Shown here one piece after another: positions 1-6,637 of a stretch of 24,084 bases of DNA. The position numbers were made by a program, and so were the translations under genes. This stretch comes from a virus. Its lineage: Duplodnaviria; Caudoviricetes. The DNA lies in IMG/VR virus record IMGVR_UViG_3300027785_000140, positions 1 to 24,084 of that record. The stretch is one strand, 5' to 3'. Each line of letters opens with the position of its first letter. The stretch's first letter is position 1. The notes below the pieces were generated by a model, which ran no database searches, was not told the DNA's origin, and saw only the letters and a program-made list of their open reading frames with translations.

Positions 1-2
1 CA

Positions 3-377
3 CGGCGTTTCTTGTCTGCTTGCAATAAACACGGCATCACCCATCTACAAGCCAATGACATACACGGATGGAACGAGGATGCCCAACTGTCTGCCTTGCT
101 CAAACCCCGGTTACAAGAGTTGGGATACAGGTATGCACCTGACCACATTGCCAAATACTTTTCTTTGGAGTACACGGGGCCAGGATTTCACGAAGAAGGT
201 TTTGCGTTTGATAGGCTGCTGGGTTGTCACGCCCAGAGCAGGAAGCTCATGGATGATGACCACATCATTGTTCCTGCTGACCCAACAAAAGCATACGGAG
301 AAGTAGAGTTTTTGGACTACTTGCAGTCCACAGGCTACACAGTAGAGTTCAGATATGAAGTCCCTGTCCAAGTTTGA
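3..377 (+). CDS. DUF5672-like protein (glycosyltransferase-associated), 5'-truncated by the window edge
   Basis: The frame is open from position 3 (RRFLSAC...). The motif order (SLRS)RRFL...NED...YAP..IA..FS.E...LG.H matches my recollection of the DUF5672 C-terminal half. The TTG at 12 is probably not the real start. Confidence 0.6.
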   Translation, partial: RRFLSACNKHGITHLQANDIHGWNEDAQLSALLKPRLQELGYRYAPDHIAKYFSLEYTGPGFHEEGFAFDRLLGCHAQSRKLMDDDHIIVPADPTKAYGEVEFLDYLQSTGYTVEFRYEVPVQV

Positions 378-744
378 ACTCAAGCGCCAGATAAAACGCT
401 TCCACGCAGACAAGGATAGGGGTATCTCTATCAACTTGTTCTGCGAATTAGCGGGTATGTCTATGGCTCACTTTCTGGATGTGTTCGTCAGAGACAAGGA
501 ACCGCTCAGTGAAGTAGTGCAAATCAGGGTTAGTAAGGCCTATCAGCAGTGGAAAAGCGGAAATGTACGGGTCATGCAGAACAAAGACAGGACAAGATAC
601 GTGGAATACAGGAAGGAAAGCAAGCCACCAATGATGGCAAGCATGGGTTTACAGGTCACATCAGGGGGCATAAAACTAAAAGTCGGCATGGTTAACCGCC
701 ATGACTATTCAGAAATCACACTTGACGAAGCACTAAGAGGGTAA
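355..744 (+). CDS. hypothetical protein, possible N-terminal helix-turn-helix
   Basis: 129-aa ORF overlapping the upstream stop. ISINLFCELAGMSMAHFLDV resembles an HTH. Confidence 0.6.
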   Translation: MKSLSKFELKRQIKRFHADKDRGISINLFCELAGMSMAHFLDVFVRDKEPLSEVVQIRVSKAYQQWKSGNVRVMQNKDRTRYVEYRKESKPPMMASMGLQVTSGGIKLKVGMVNRHDYSEITLDEALRG

Positions 745-746
745 CT

Positions 747-1256
747 ATGAGCGTTCTAAAAGACTATCACTGCAAAAATCACGGCATATTTGAGGCTTGG
801 GAGCCTGTATGCCCCATGAAGAACTGCAAAGGCGAACTGTCCGTTGTTTTTTTGAAGCCTGTGGGCACAAGGTCTGCCAAGACCAAGCACACAGACAACA
901 CAGTCAAGCAATTGGCTATTGAGTACGGTATGACGGATGTAAAAACCACCAGAGAGGGCGAACACCAGACTGGTTACCTCAAACGCAACAACAAGCTGTC
1001 AGACAAAGAGTTTGCACACGCTACAGACGCTATGAACGCCCAAAAGAAAGAAGCTAGGCCTGGAGATGCGGCAATTTGGGGCGGCGGTGGTAGTATTAGC
1101 ATGAAATCCGTTATGGGTGGACAATTCAAGCCAGTGAAAGACGAGTCTGTTGGCATAATGCCCAGAGATGCCTCTCCTACAGGTTCATTGTCCGGCCCTA
1201 CGGCGGGTGTTGGCACTATGCGTGACCCAGATAACTTACAGGTGAAGACAACATGA
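747..1256 (+). CDS. hypothetical protein with N-terminal zinc-ribbon-like motif
   Basis: DYHCKNHG...CPMKNC (CxxH...CxxxxC). SD-like GAGGG upstream, ATGA overlap with the portal gene. Confidence 0.65.
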   Translation: MSVLKDYHCKNHGIFEAWEPVCPMKNCKGELSVVFLKPVGTRSAKTKHTDNTVKQLAIEYGMTDVKTTREGEHQTGYLKRNNKLSDKEFAHATDAMNAQKKEARPGDAAIWGGGGSISMKSVMGGQFKPVKDESVGIMPRDASPTGSLSGPTAGVGTMRDPDNLQVKTT

Positions 1257-2857
1257 GGATACCTACCAACCCCGTAGATAGAGAATTGTTCTATCTTGAC
1301 CTGATTTCCAAGTGTCAAGTCTCTCAAGAGGAGAGAAAAGTAGACTATAGCTCCCTGCGGAGCTTCTATTTGTTTGGTAGTGGCCCAGATGAAGCCCCGG
1401 CTCTGTACAACAAAATCTTTCCGCACATTGACCAACTCACCAGTTTTCTGTATTCAGCAGAAACAACCCGCTTTTCCATTGATGTTGGTGCTGCTGTTGA
1501 CCCCAGAGAACAGGTAAAAGTCCCGGCTTTGACCCGTGCACTCAACGATGAGTGGATAAATAGCAACGCTGACCAAGTGTTTTCCATCGCTACAACGTGG
1601 TCATTGTGCTACAACACCACGTTTATCAAGATAATTATTAACAACGGCATCCATCCGTACATGGTGGAGCCAGCTTGCATGGGTGTATTGCGGGAAGATA
1701 CGCCCTATTCAGACAGGCAAGAGGCAATTACCCAGACCTATTACATCACCAAGTCGGAGTTGTATGACCGTCTGTACAGCCATCCCAAAAGGGAAGAGAT
1801 TGTCAAGCGCATCACGGCTACCCAGCATGAGCGCACACACATTGCAAACGGTGTTGAGCGCATCATGTTGTCTCAGTCAAACCCAACAATGTACGGTAAT
1901 GTTAATTTAGACCTTGCCGGACAGAACCGTTATAAAGCCACAGTTGCTGAAGACACCATAGAGATGACTGAGCTATGGGTGTGGAACGATGAAATCAAAG
2001 ACTACCAAGTTGTAACCAAAGCAGACCCAGACGTAATTATCTATGACCGCCCTGGTGAGCAGGTGTTCCTCAAAGGCGAGTTGCCATTTGTGCAGGTCTG
2101 CCCCAACCCTCTGTATGACTACTACTGGGGTGGCTCGGAGGTTCAACGTTTGATTTTCCTCCAGCAGCTACGCAACAAGCGTATGCAGGAAATTTTGGAC
2201 TTGCTATCTAAACAGGTCAACCCGCCTACTGCGCTAATTGGCTTCACTGGAATCTTGGACGAGAAGAACTTTGCGCTCAATCGTGCTGGTGGATTGCTGG
2301 CAACTGACATGCCTAATGCCAAGGTCGAGAAGTTAGCGCCAACTATTCCACCTGACTTGTTTAGGGAAATTGGTGAGATTGACTTGATGTTTGAAGAGGC
2401 ATCTGGCATTGTGTCTGTGTTGCAAGGCCGGGGTGAAGCAGGTGTGCGTTCATCTGGTCACGCATCTCAGCTTGCTCGTCTAGGCTCTAGCCGTGCCAAG
2501 AAACGTGCCCTCATTATTGAGGACAGCTTGGAGAAGTTGGCAACCCTATATCTGAAGTGTATGCAAGTCTATGATGCAACCCACTTCACAGATATGGAAA
2601 ACAAGAAGTTCATTGCTGAACAGTTTACCCAAGACTTTGTTGTAAAGGTGGACGCCCATTCCAACTCACCCATCTTCATGGAAGACATGAGAGAGCTTGC
2701 TTTTAACCTCTACAAAGCCCAGGTGATTGACAAAGAATCTCTGCTTGACTTGTTGGAACCACCAATGAAACAATTACTCAAAGACAGATTGAAGAAGATG
2801 GAGGCTACGCAACAAGCACAAGCTGCTGCCGCCCCTCTTCCCAATGCAGAGGGTTAA
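1253..2857 (+). CDS. portal (head-tail connector) protein, podovirus type
   Basis: 534 aa, lying before scaffold and capsid. Portal-like segments LPFVQ..PNP....YWG.SEV, LQQLRNKRMQEILDLL...NPP and EEASGI..VLQG. Confidence 0.85.
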   Translation: MRIPTNPVDRELFYLDLISKCQVSQEERKVDYSSLRSFYLFGSGPDEAPALYNKIFPHIDQLTSFLYSAETTRFSIDVGAAVDPREQVKVPALTRALNDEWINSNADQVFSIATTWSLCYNTTFIKIIINNGIHPYMVEPACMGVLREDTPYSDRQEAITQTYYITKSELYDRLYSHPKREEIVKRITATQHERTHIANGVERIMLSQSNPTMYGNVNLDLAGQNRYKATVAEDTIEMTELWVWNDEIKDYQVVTKADPDVIIYDRPGEQVFLKGELPFVQVCPNPLYDYYWGGSEVQRLIFLQQLRNKRMQEILDLLSKQVNPPTALIGFTGILDEKNFALNRAGGLLATDMPNAKVEKLAPTIPPDLFREIGEIDLMFEEASGIVSVLQGRGEAGVRSSGHASQLARLGSSRAKKRALIIEDSLEKLATLYLKCMQVYDATHFTDMENKKFIAEQFTQDFVVKVDAHSNSPIFMEDMRELAFNLYKAQVIDKESLLDLLEPPMKQLLKDRLKKMEATQQAQAAAAPLPNAEG

Positions 2858-2880
2858 CCAAACTGAAAGAAGGTAGGACA

Positions 2881-3039
2881 ATGGCAACACAAGCAATCGT
2901 GCCTCCTAGGGCTGACCAGCCTCGGACAAGCACTGAGCAACTGAAACGTGGGGAAATGCCCTCCAGCTTGACATATCGTCAAACTGGGGTTAAAAACAAC
3001 ACCGGGCGTAGTCAACGTGACTATTCTCGGCAAGGTTAA
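2881..3039 (+). CDS. 52-aa basic hypothetical protein (not in ORF track)
   Basis: Translated by hand: MATQAIVPPRADQPRTSTEQLKRGEMPSSLTYRQTGVKNNTGRSQRDYSRQG*. Purine-rich AAGGTAGGA upstream, and it fills the gap after the portal gene. Confidence 0.7.
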   Translation: MATQAIVPPRADQPRTSTEQLKRGEMPSSLTYRQTGVKNNTGRSQRDYSRQG

Positions 3040-3051
3040 CCAGGAGGCATC

Positions 3052-3090
3052 ATGTACGGTACAAAACGTGGTCGTAAGACCCGGCGTTAA
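3052..3090 (+). CDS. 12-aa basic micropeptide MYGTKRGRKTRR
   Basis: AGGAGG SD at 3042-3047, ATG at 3052, TAA at 3088-3090. Confidence 0.6.
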   Translation: MYGTKRGRKTRR

Positions 3091-3092
3091 AT

Positions 3093-3143
3093 TTTCCGCA
3101 AGGAAATAGGGTATGGCTGCTTCCCCTATGAAGCAAGTGGCCG
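3093..3143 (+). ncRNA. putative cis RNA structure 1: GCAA tetraloop hairpin plus H-type pseudoknot
   Basis: TTTCC-GCAA-GGAAA (3093-3106). S1 ATAGGG 3106-3111 / CCCTAT 3124-3129. S2 TGGCTGCTT 3114-3122 / AAGTGGCCG 3135-3143 with 3 G-U pairs. Confidence 0.45.
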
Positions 3144-3163
3144 CCTGAACCAAGGAGCGCATC

Positions 3164-3202
3164 ATGCGTAAAGGTCGTAAGGGTCGTAAAGCCTGTAAGT
3201 AA
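3164..3202 (+). CDS. 12-aa basic micropeptide MRKGRKGRKACK
   Basis: AAGGAG SD at 3152-3157, ATG at 3164, TAA at 3200-3202. RKG repeats resemble the previous peptide. Confidence 0.65.
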   Translation: MRKGRKGRKACK

Positions 3203-3247
3203 TCCGCAAGGATTTGTCTTTGGGAAGCAGACACAAAATGCTTCCCA
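3201..3247 (+). ncRNA. putative cis RNA structure 2: GCAA tetraloop hairpin plus compact H-type pseudoknot
   Basis: AATCC-GCAA-GGATT (3201-3214). S1 TGTCT 3215-3219 / AGACA 3229-3233. S2 TGGGAAGC 3221-3228 / GCTTCCCA 3240-3247. All pairs are Watson-Crick. Confidence 0.55.
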
Positions 3248-3251
3248 CCTA

Positions 3252-3281
3252 TTGACAAGCAGTTTGTAAGTGGTTACAAAC
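3252..3281 (+). promoter_or_regulatory. sigma70-like promoter candidate overlapped by a perfect inverted repeat
   Basis: TTGACA (3252-3257), 17 nt, TACAAA (3275-3280, imperfect -10). Inverted repeat GTTTGTAA-GTGG-TTACAAAC at 3262-3281. Confidence 0.45.
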
Positions 3282-3299
3282 GGCGCACAAGGAGTTTTT

Positions 3300-3764
3300 A
3301 TGAGCGTACCTTCAGATAAATTGATGGAATTGATGCGAGGCAGTCGGTCTGCCGCCGCACCTGCCCCTGTCCCTGAACCTGAAAACAACCCCTCAGAAGC
3401 ATTCTCTAGTGATGACACTTCTCCAATGGCATCGCCCATGTCTACGCCTGAACCAAAGATGGGTTCAAAAGAGGCGGCAATGATTAACATTGGCATGGCA
3501 ATGGATTTGCTAGAGCAGTCTCTCCCCGCCCTTGGCTCTGATTCTGATGAAGGCCAGAAAGCTCTGGCAGCAATCCGTACCCTCACAGGTTTGATGGGGC
3601 CACGCAAAAACAACACCAACGAACTCCAGCAATCTGAAATTTTGCAGATGCTTCAAACATTACCCCAGGCAGGTGGCGCAACGCCTGAAGGTAGAGCAAT
3701 GCAAGCAGCGCCGATTCCCGGTATGCCGCCAGCAGGTGGCGCACCAATCCCACCCCCAATGTAA
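3300..3764 (+). CDS. Pro/Met-rich hypothetical head-module protein (154 aa)
   Basis: AAGGAG at 3289-3294 favours ATG 3300 over the GTG at 3270. Located between portal and scaffold. Confidence 0.75.
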   Translation: MSVPSDKLMELMRGSRSAAAPAPVPEPENNPSEAFSSDDTSPMASPMSTPEPKMGSKEAAMINIGMAMDLLEQSLPALGSDSDEGQKALAAIRTLTGLMGPRKNNTNELQQSEILQMLQTLPQAGGATPEGRAMQAAPIPGMPPAGGAPIPPPM

Positions 3765-3773
3765 GGAAACAAC

Positions 3774-3956
3774 ATGGAATTGTTCAAACCCCGTGGCGCA
3801 GCCGCACCCCGCCGTCCTACTGACAACAATCAGCAAAACGGTACTATCACCAACACCCCCCGTTTCTCACAACTTGGTGGCTTGAGCAACCCAGCTAAAG
3901 TCGGTAAGACTGGCATGGCTGTGCAGAAACCTGCTGACGGTAAAAAAGTCATCTAA
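3774..3956 (+). CDS. 60-aa basic hypothetical protein
   Basis: TAAGGA SD overlapping the upstream stop. Fills the gap on the coding strand. Confidence 0.75.
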   Translation: MELFKPRGAAAPRRPTDNNQQNGTITNTPRFSQLGGLSNPAKVGKTGMAVQKPADGKKVI

Positions 3957-3976
3957 TCGTATAAAGAGGGTAAACC

Positions 3977-4507
3977 ATGTCACTTGAAAACATTTCATCA
4001 GATGCTCGGGATGAGTTAGCGGCCTTGGCCCAACAACTCGCTGAGAATCCCGCCACTCGCAAAGACTTTCTGCGTATGACCAAAAAGGTCAAACCAGACT
4101 TGCCCATTCCCGAGCTTGACATTGAAGACTACACGCACCGGGCGGTTAACCGTTCTGAAGAGCGTGTGCAACAGTTGGAAGCCAAGTTGCGTGAGCGGGA
4201 TGCGATGGAAGAGTTAACCAAGCGCCGTCAGTCCTTGATGAAAAAAGGATTGATTGCTTCTGAATCTGAAGTGGGCGATGTGGAGAAAATTATGCTGGAG
4301 CAAGGTATCACCAACCATGAAACAGCAGCACAGTATCATACGTGGATGAAGCAAGCGGCAGTTCCGACTTCTTCTGGTTACAACCCCCAAGTCATTCAAC
4401 AGTTTGACTTGAAGGGATACTGGAAGAATCCGACAACTGCTGCCCGTTCTGAAGCAATGAAAGCACTCAATGACCTGCGGAAACCGCAACGTCCCATTGG
4501 GTTGTAA
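3977..4507 (+). CDS. probable capsid scaffolding protein
   Basis: 176 aa, charged and helical/coiled-coil, directly upstream of the major capsid gene. The call is positional. Confidence 0.6.
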   Translation: MSLENISSDARDELAALAQQLAENPATRKDFLRMTKKVKPDLPIPELDIEDYTHRAVNRSEERVQQLEAKLRERDAMEELTKRRQSLMKKGLIASESEVGDVEKIMLEQGITNHETAAQYHTWMKQAAVPTSSGYNPQVIQQFDLKGYWKNPTTAARSEAMKALNDLRKPQRPIGL

Positions 4508-4535
4508 AGAGGGTATTTTTTTCTAAGGAGGCCTT

Positions 4536-5537
4536 ATGGCTATTGGCGGCGGCATCCTACCAGCAACAGGGTCAAATCAGTTCAATGAATTGACCTACGT
4601 TACTCGTAGAGCCTTTATCCCCAAGCTGGTTGTCCAGCTTTACAACTCGACACCCCTGATGGCGGCTCTGATTGCCAACAGTCAGCAAGCCTCCGGCGGT
4701 GTGTCTTCCGTAACCGTGCCCGTTCAAGGCGCTCAATTTGTGAATGCTCAGTGGTCTGACTACTCTGGCTCCTTTGCCCAGCCGTCAGTTCAGCAGGGTG
4801 CTTACAACGCTGAGTTTGACCTGAAGCTGATGATTTCTCCCGTGCCGTTCCTCGGTATGGAAGGCGCTGTTCAGCAAGACGCAGCTATTATTCCGTTGAT
4901 TGAAGCTCGTATGAACGATGCAACCAACGTGATGATGGATGCAATGGCAACAGCCTTGTACAACAACACTACCAACACTCAGCAGTTTATCGGTCTTCCT
5001 GCTGCCGTTAGCGCCACTGGCACTTATGGCAACATCAGCCGCTCTGCTTATACGTGGTGGCAGTCCAAAGCCTACGCTGCTGGTTCAGTGAACCCAACTC
5101 GTCAAAACATTCTGCAATACATTTCCGGCACTGTGAAAAACGGCGCTGAAATGCCTAGCTTTGGTGTTTGCGGTTTTGGCACCTGGACTTTGCTGGCTCA
5201 AGACTATGTTGGTCAAGAACAGTATGTCATTACCCCAGGCTCCGGCTTTGATGGCGACAACAACGGCCCCCAGGCAGCATTCCGTGCCCTGATGGTTGCT
5301 GGCGTTCCCATTTATCCTGACCCCTACTGCCCAGAAGGTACGGTTTACTTCCTGAACACTAATTACCTGTCGCTCTACATCCATGAGCAAGGTTCGTTTG
5401 TGTTTACTGGATTTGAATCCACCCTCCCGAACTGGCAGATTGGTTACGTTGGTGCGGTTTTGATGATTGCCGAATTGGTAAGCGTCAAACCCAAGTCGAT
5501 GACCGTGGTGTCTGGTTATAACTACCTCTCACTGTAA
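4536..5537 (+). CDS. major capsid protein (HK97 fold expected)
   Basis: 333 aa with a strong TAAGGAGG SD. Capsid-like segments FIPKLVVQLYNSTPL, FIGL.AAV...TYGNISRS..TWW and GVPIYPDPYCPEGTVYFLN. Confidence 0.88.
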   Translation: MAIGGGILPATGSNQFNELTYVTRRAFIPKLVVQLYNSTPLMAALIANSQQASGGVSSVTVPVQGAQFVNAQWSDYSGSFAQPSVQQGAYNAEFDLKLMISPVPFLGMEGAVQQDAAIIPLIEARMNDATNVMMDAMATALYNNTTNTQQFIGLPAAVSATGTYGNISRSAYTWWQSKAYAAGSVNPTRQNILQYISGTVKNGAEMPSFGVCGFGTWTLLAQDYVGQEQYVITPGSGFDGDNNGPQAAFRALMVAGVPIYPDPYCPEGTVYFLNTNYLSLYIHEQGSFVFTGFESTLPNWQIGYVGAVLMIAELVSVKPKSMTVVSGYNYLSL

Positions 5538-5546
5538 GGAGTCATC

Positions 5547-5870
5547 ATGTCTCTATCAACTAACAAAATCATCCTGGCTGGTGCAACCACCAACTCTGCT
5601 GGTGCATATTTCAGCAATGCCACTGTTACAGCAACCAATGCTGGCGCAGTGATTCCTGCTGGTGTGTACGTGATGTTTCCAGCAGCTAACGTAGTTGTTC
5701 AAGCAAACAACGGTTCTACCATCTCAACAGTTCTCGCCAACAACACTGGTGGCGTGATTCTGTCTGATGGTGTAAACGTGTTTGCCACTTCCACAATTGC
5801 TGGTAACGGCACTGTTGTTCTGTTGGCTACCAATGGTGGTATCAACGTCAGCAGCACCTACGCAGCATAA
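5547..5870 (+). CDS. putative head decoration / small virion protein
   Basis: 107 aa, A/T/N/V/G-rich beta-like composition, TAAGGAG SD, immediately after the capsid gene. Confidence 0.6.
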   Translation: MSLSTNKIILAGATTNSAGAYFSNATVTATNAGAVIPAGVYVMFPAANVVVQANNGSTISTVLANNTGGVILSDGVNVFATSTIAGNGTVVLLATNGGINVSSTYAA

Positions 5871-5879
5871 GGGGACGGC

Positions 5880-6290
5880 ATGAACGCAAACCATGTAGGC
5901 TCACTTTATCCTGCCAGCTTTGGCAATTTTCTCATTGGCGCTACCCCCAATCCTATCGGGCTGGGCAACACGGGTAATGCTGTTGCGACAATTCCAACCG
6001 TTGGTACAAGCTACATTGTTCGCCGTATCACCGTGTCGGGAGCTAATGGAACAGTAGCCGCCGCAAATGTGACCATCATCAATAGCTCTGATGGTGCAGT
6101 TGCAAATGCGGTGTCTAACGCTGTTGTATTGGCAAACGTCACAGGCACAACCAAGTATCAGGATTTGAATTTGACGGCTAACACCGCTACTACCATCTAC
6201 ACTGGTTCTTTGTTTGTTTGTGTGAACACGGGGGCCGCAGCTAACAACTCGGTTCTGGTTGAGGTATACGGCGACATTGTGACGCTATGA
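5880..6290 (+). CDS. putative virion surface (decoration) protein
   Basis: 136 aa, beta-rich, low charge, in the head module. Confidence 0.55.
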   Translation: MNANHVGSLYPASFGNFLIGATPNPIGLGNTGNAVATIPTVGTSYIVRRITVSGANGTVAAANVTIINSSDGAVANAVSNAVVLANVTGTTKYQDLNLTANTATTIYTGSLFVCVNTGAAANNSVLVEVYGDIVTL

Positions 6291-6625
6291 GTGTTGTCTA
6301 CGTAACCAATCGCTCTCCTGACAGGCTTGCAGTAATGTATGCCTACCAAGAGTTAGAGTTCCCAGTCGGGAAATGTGTTGAGATACCTTTAGAGGCAGCT
6401 CAATATATTTTTGGTTACGGTAAAGATGACAAGGAGTCGTGTCTGGCCCATCTGGGCTGGATACGCCTTCACTCCGAATTGGAACAAGGAATGGAGAAGC
6501 TGTCTAAATTCCATATTCAGACAGAAGCTCCCGAACAGAACCGCTCGTTACCCTCGGCGGTTGGCGTAGTACCTCTGCGGCTTGAGAAAGCCGCCGGGGG
6601 AAAGGTCACCCAAAGGGCAGCTTAA
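6287..6625 (+). CDS. hypothetical protein
   Basis: 112 aa, ATGA overlap with the upstream gene. Confidence 0.7.
   Translation: MSVVYVTNRSPDRLAVMYAYQELEFPVGKCVEIPLEAAQYIFGYGKDDKESCLAHLGWIRLHSELEQGMEKLSKFHIQTEAPEQNRSLPSAVGVVPLRLEKAAGGKVTQRAA
6551..6600 (+). other. GC-rich stem-loop with an alternative pairing
   Basis: GCGGCTT-GAGA-AAGCCGC (6577-6594). Alternative 12-bp helix 6551-6562 / 6589-6600. No U-tract follows. Confidence 0.4.
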
Positions 6626-6637
6626 AATGGAAGCCAA

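Noticed and set aside
415-432. Hairpin GATAGGG-GTAT-CTCTATC
   Set aside because: Short, inside a CDS and without a U-tract, so it could arise by chance.
3040-3250. tmRNA-like element (short ORFs, pseudoknots, a peptide ending VAA)
   Set aside because: No tRNA-like acceptor or T-arm and no CCA end. The peptides have their own SD and ATG.
3270-3299. GTG start for the 164-aa ORF
   Set aside because: It has no SD and lies inside the promoter palindrome. AAGGAG supports ATG 3300.
2854-3619. Minus-strand ORFs 2854-3258 and 3050-3619
   Set aside because: They are antisense to SD-supported + strand ORFs and have no recognisable motifs.
5500-5547. Programmed frameshift or readthrough extension of the capsid protein
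   Set aside because: No slippery heptamer is visible. The stop is TAA and the next gene has its own SD.
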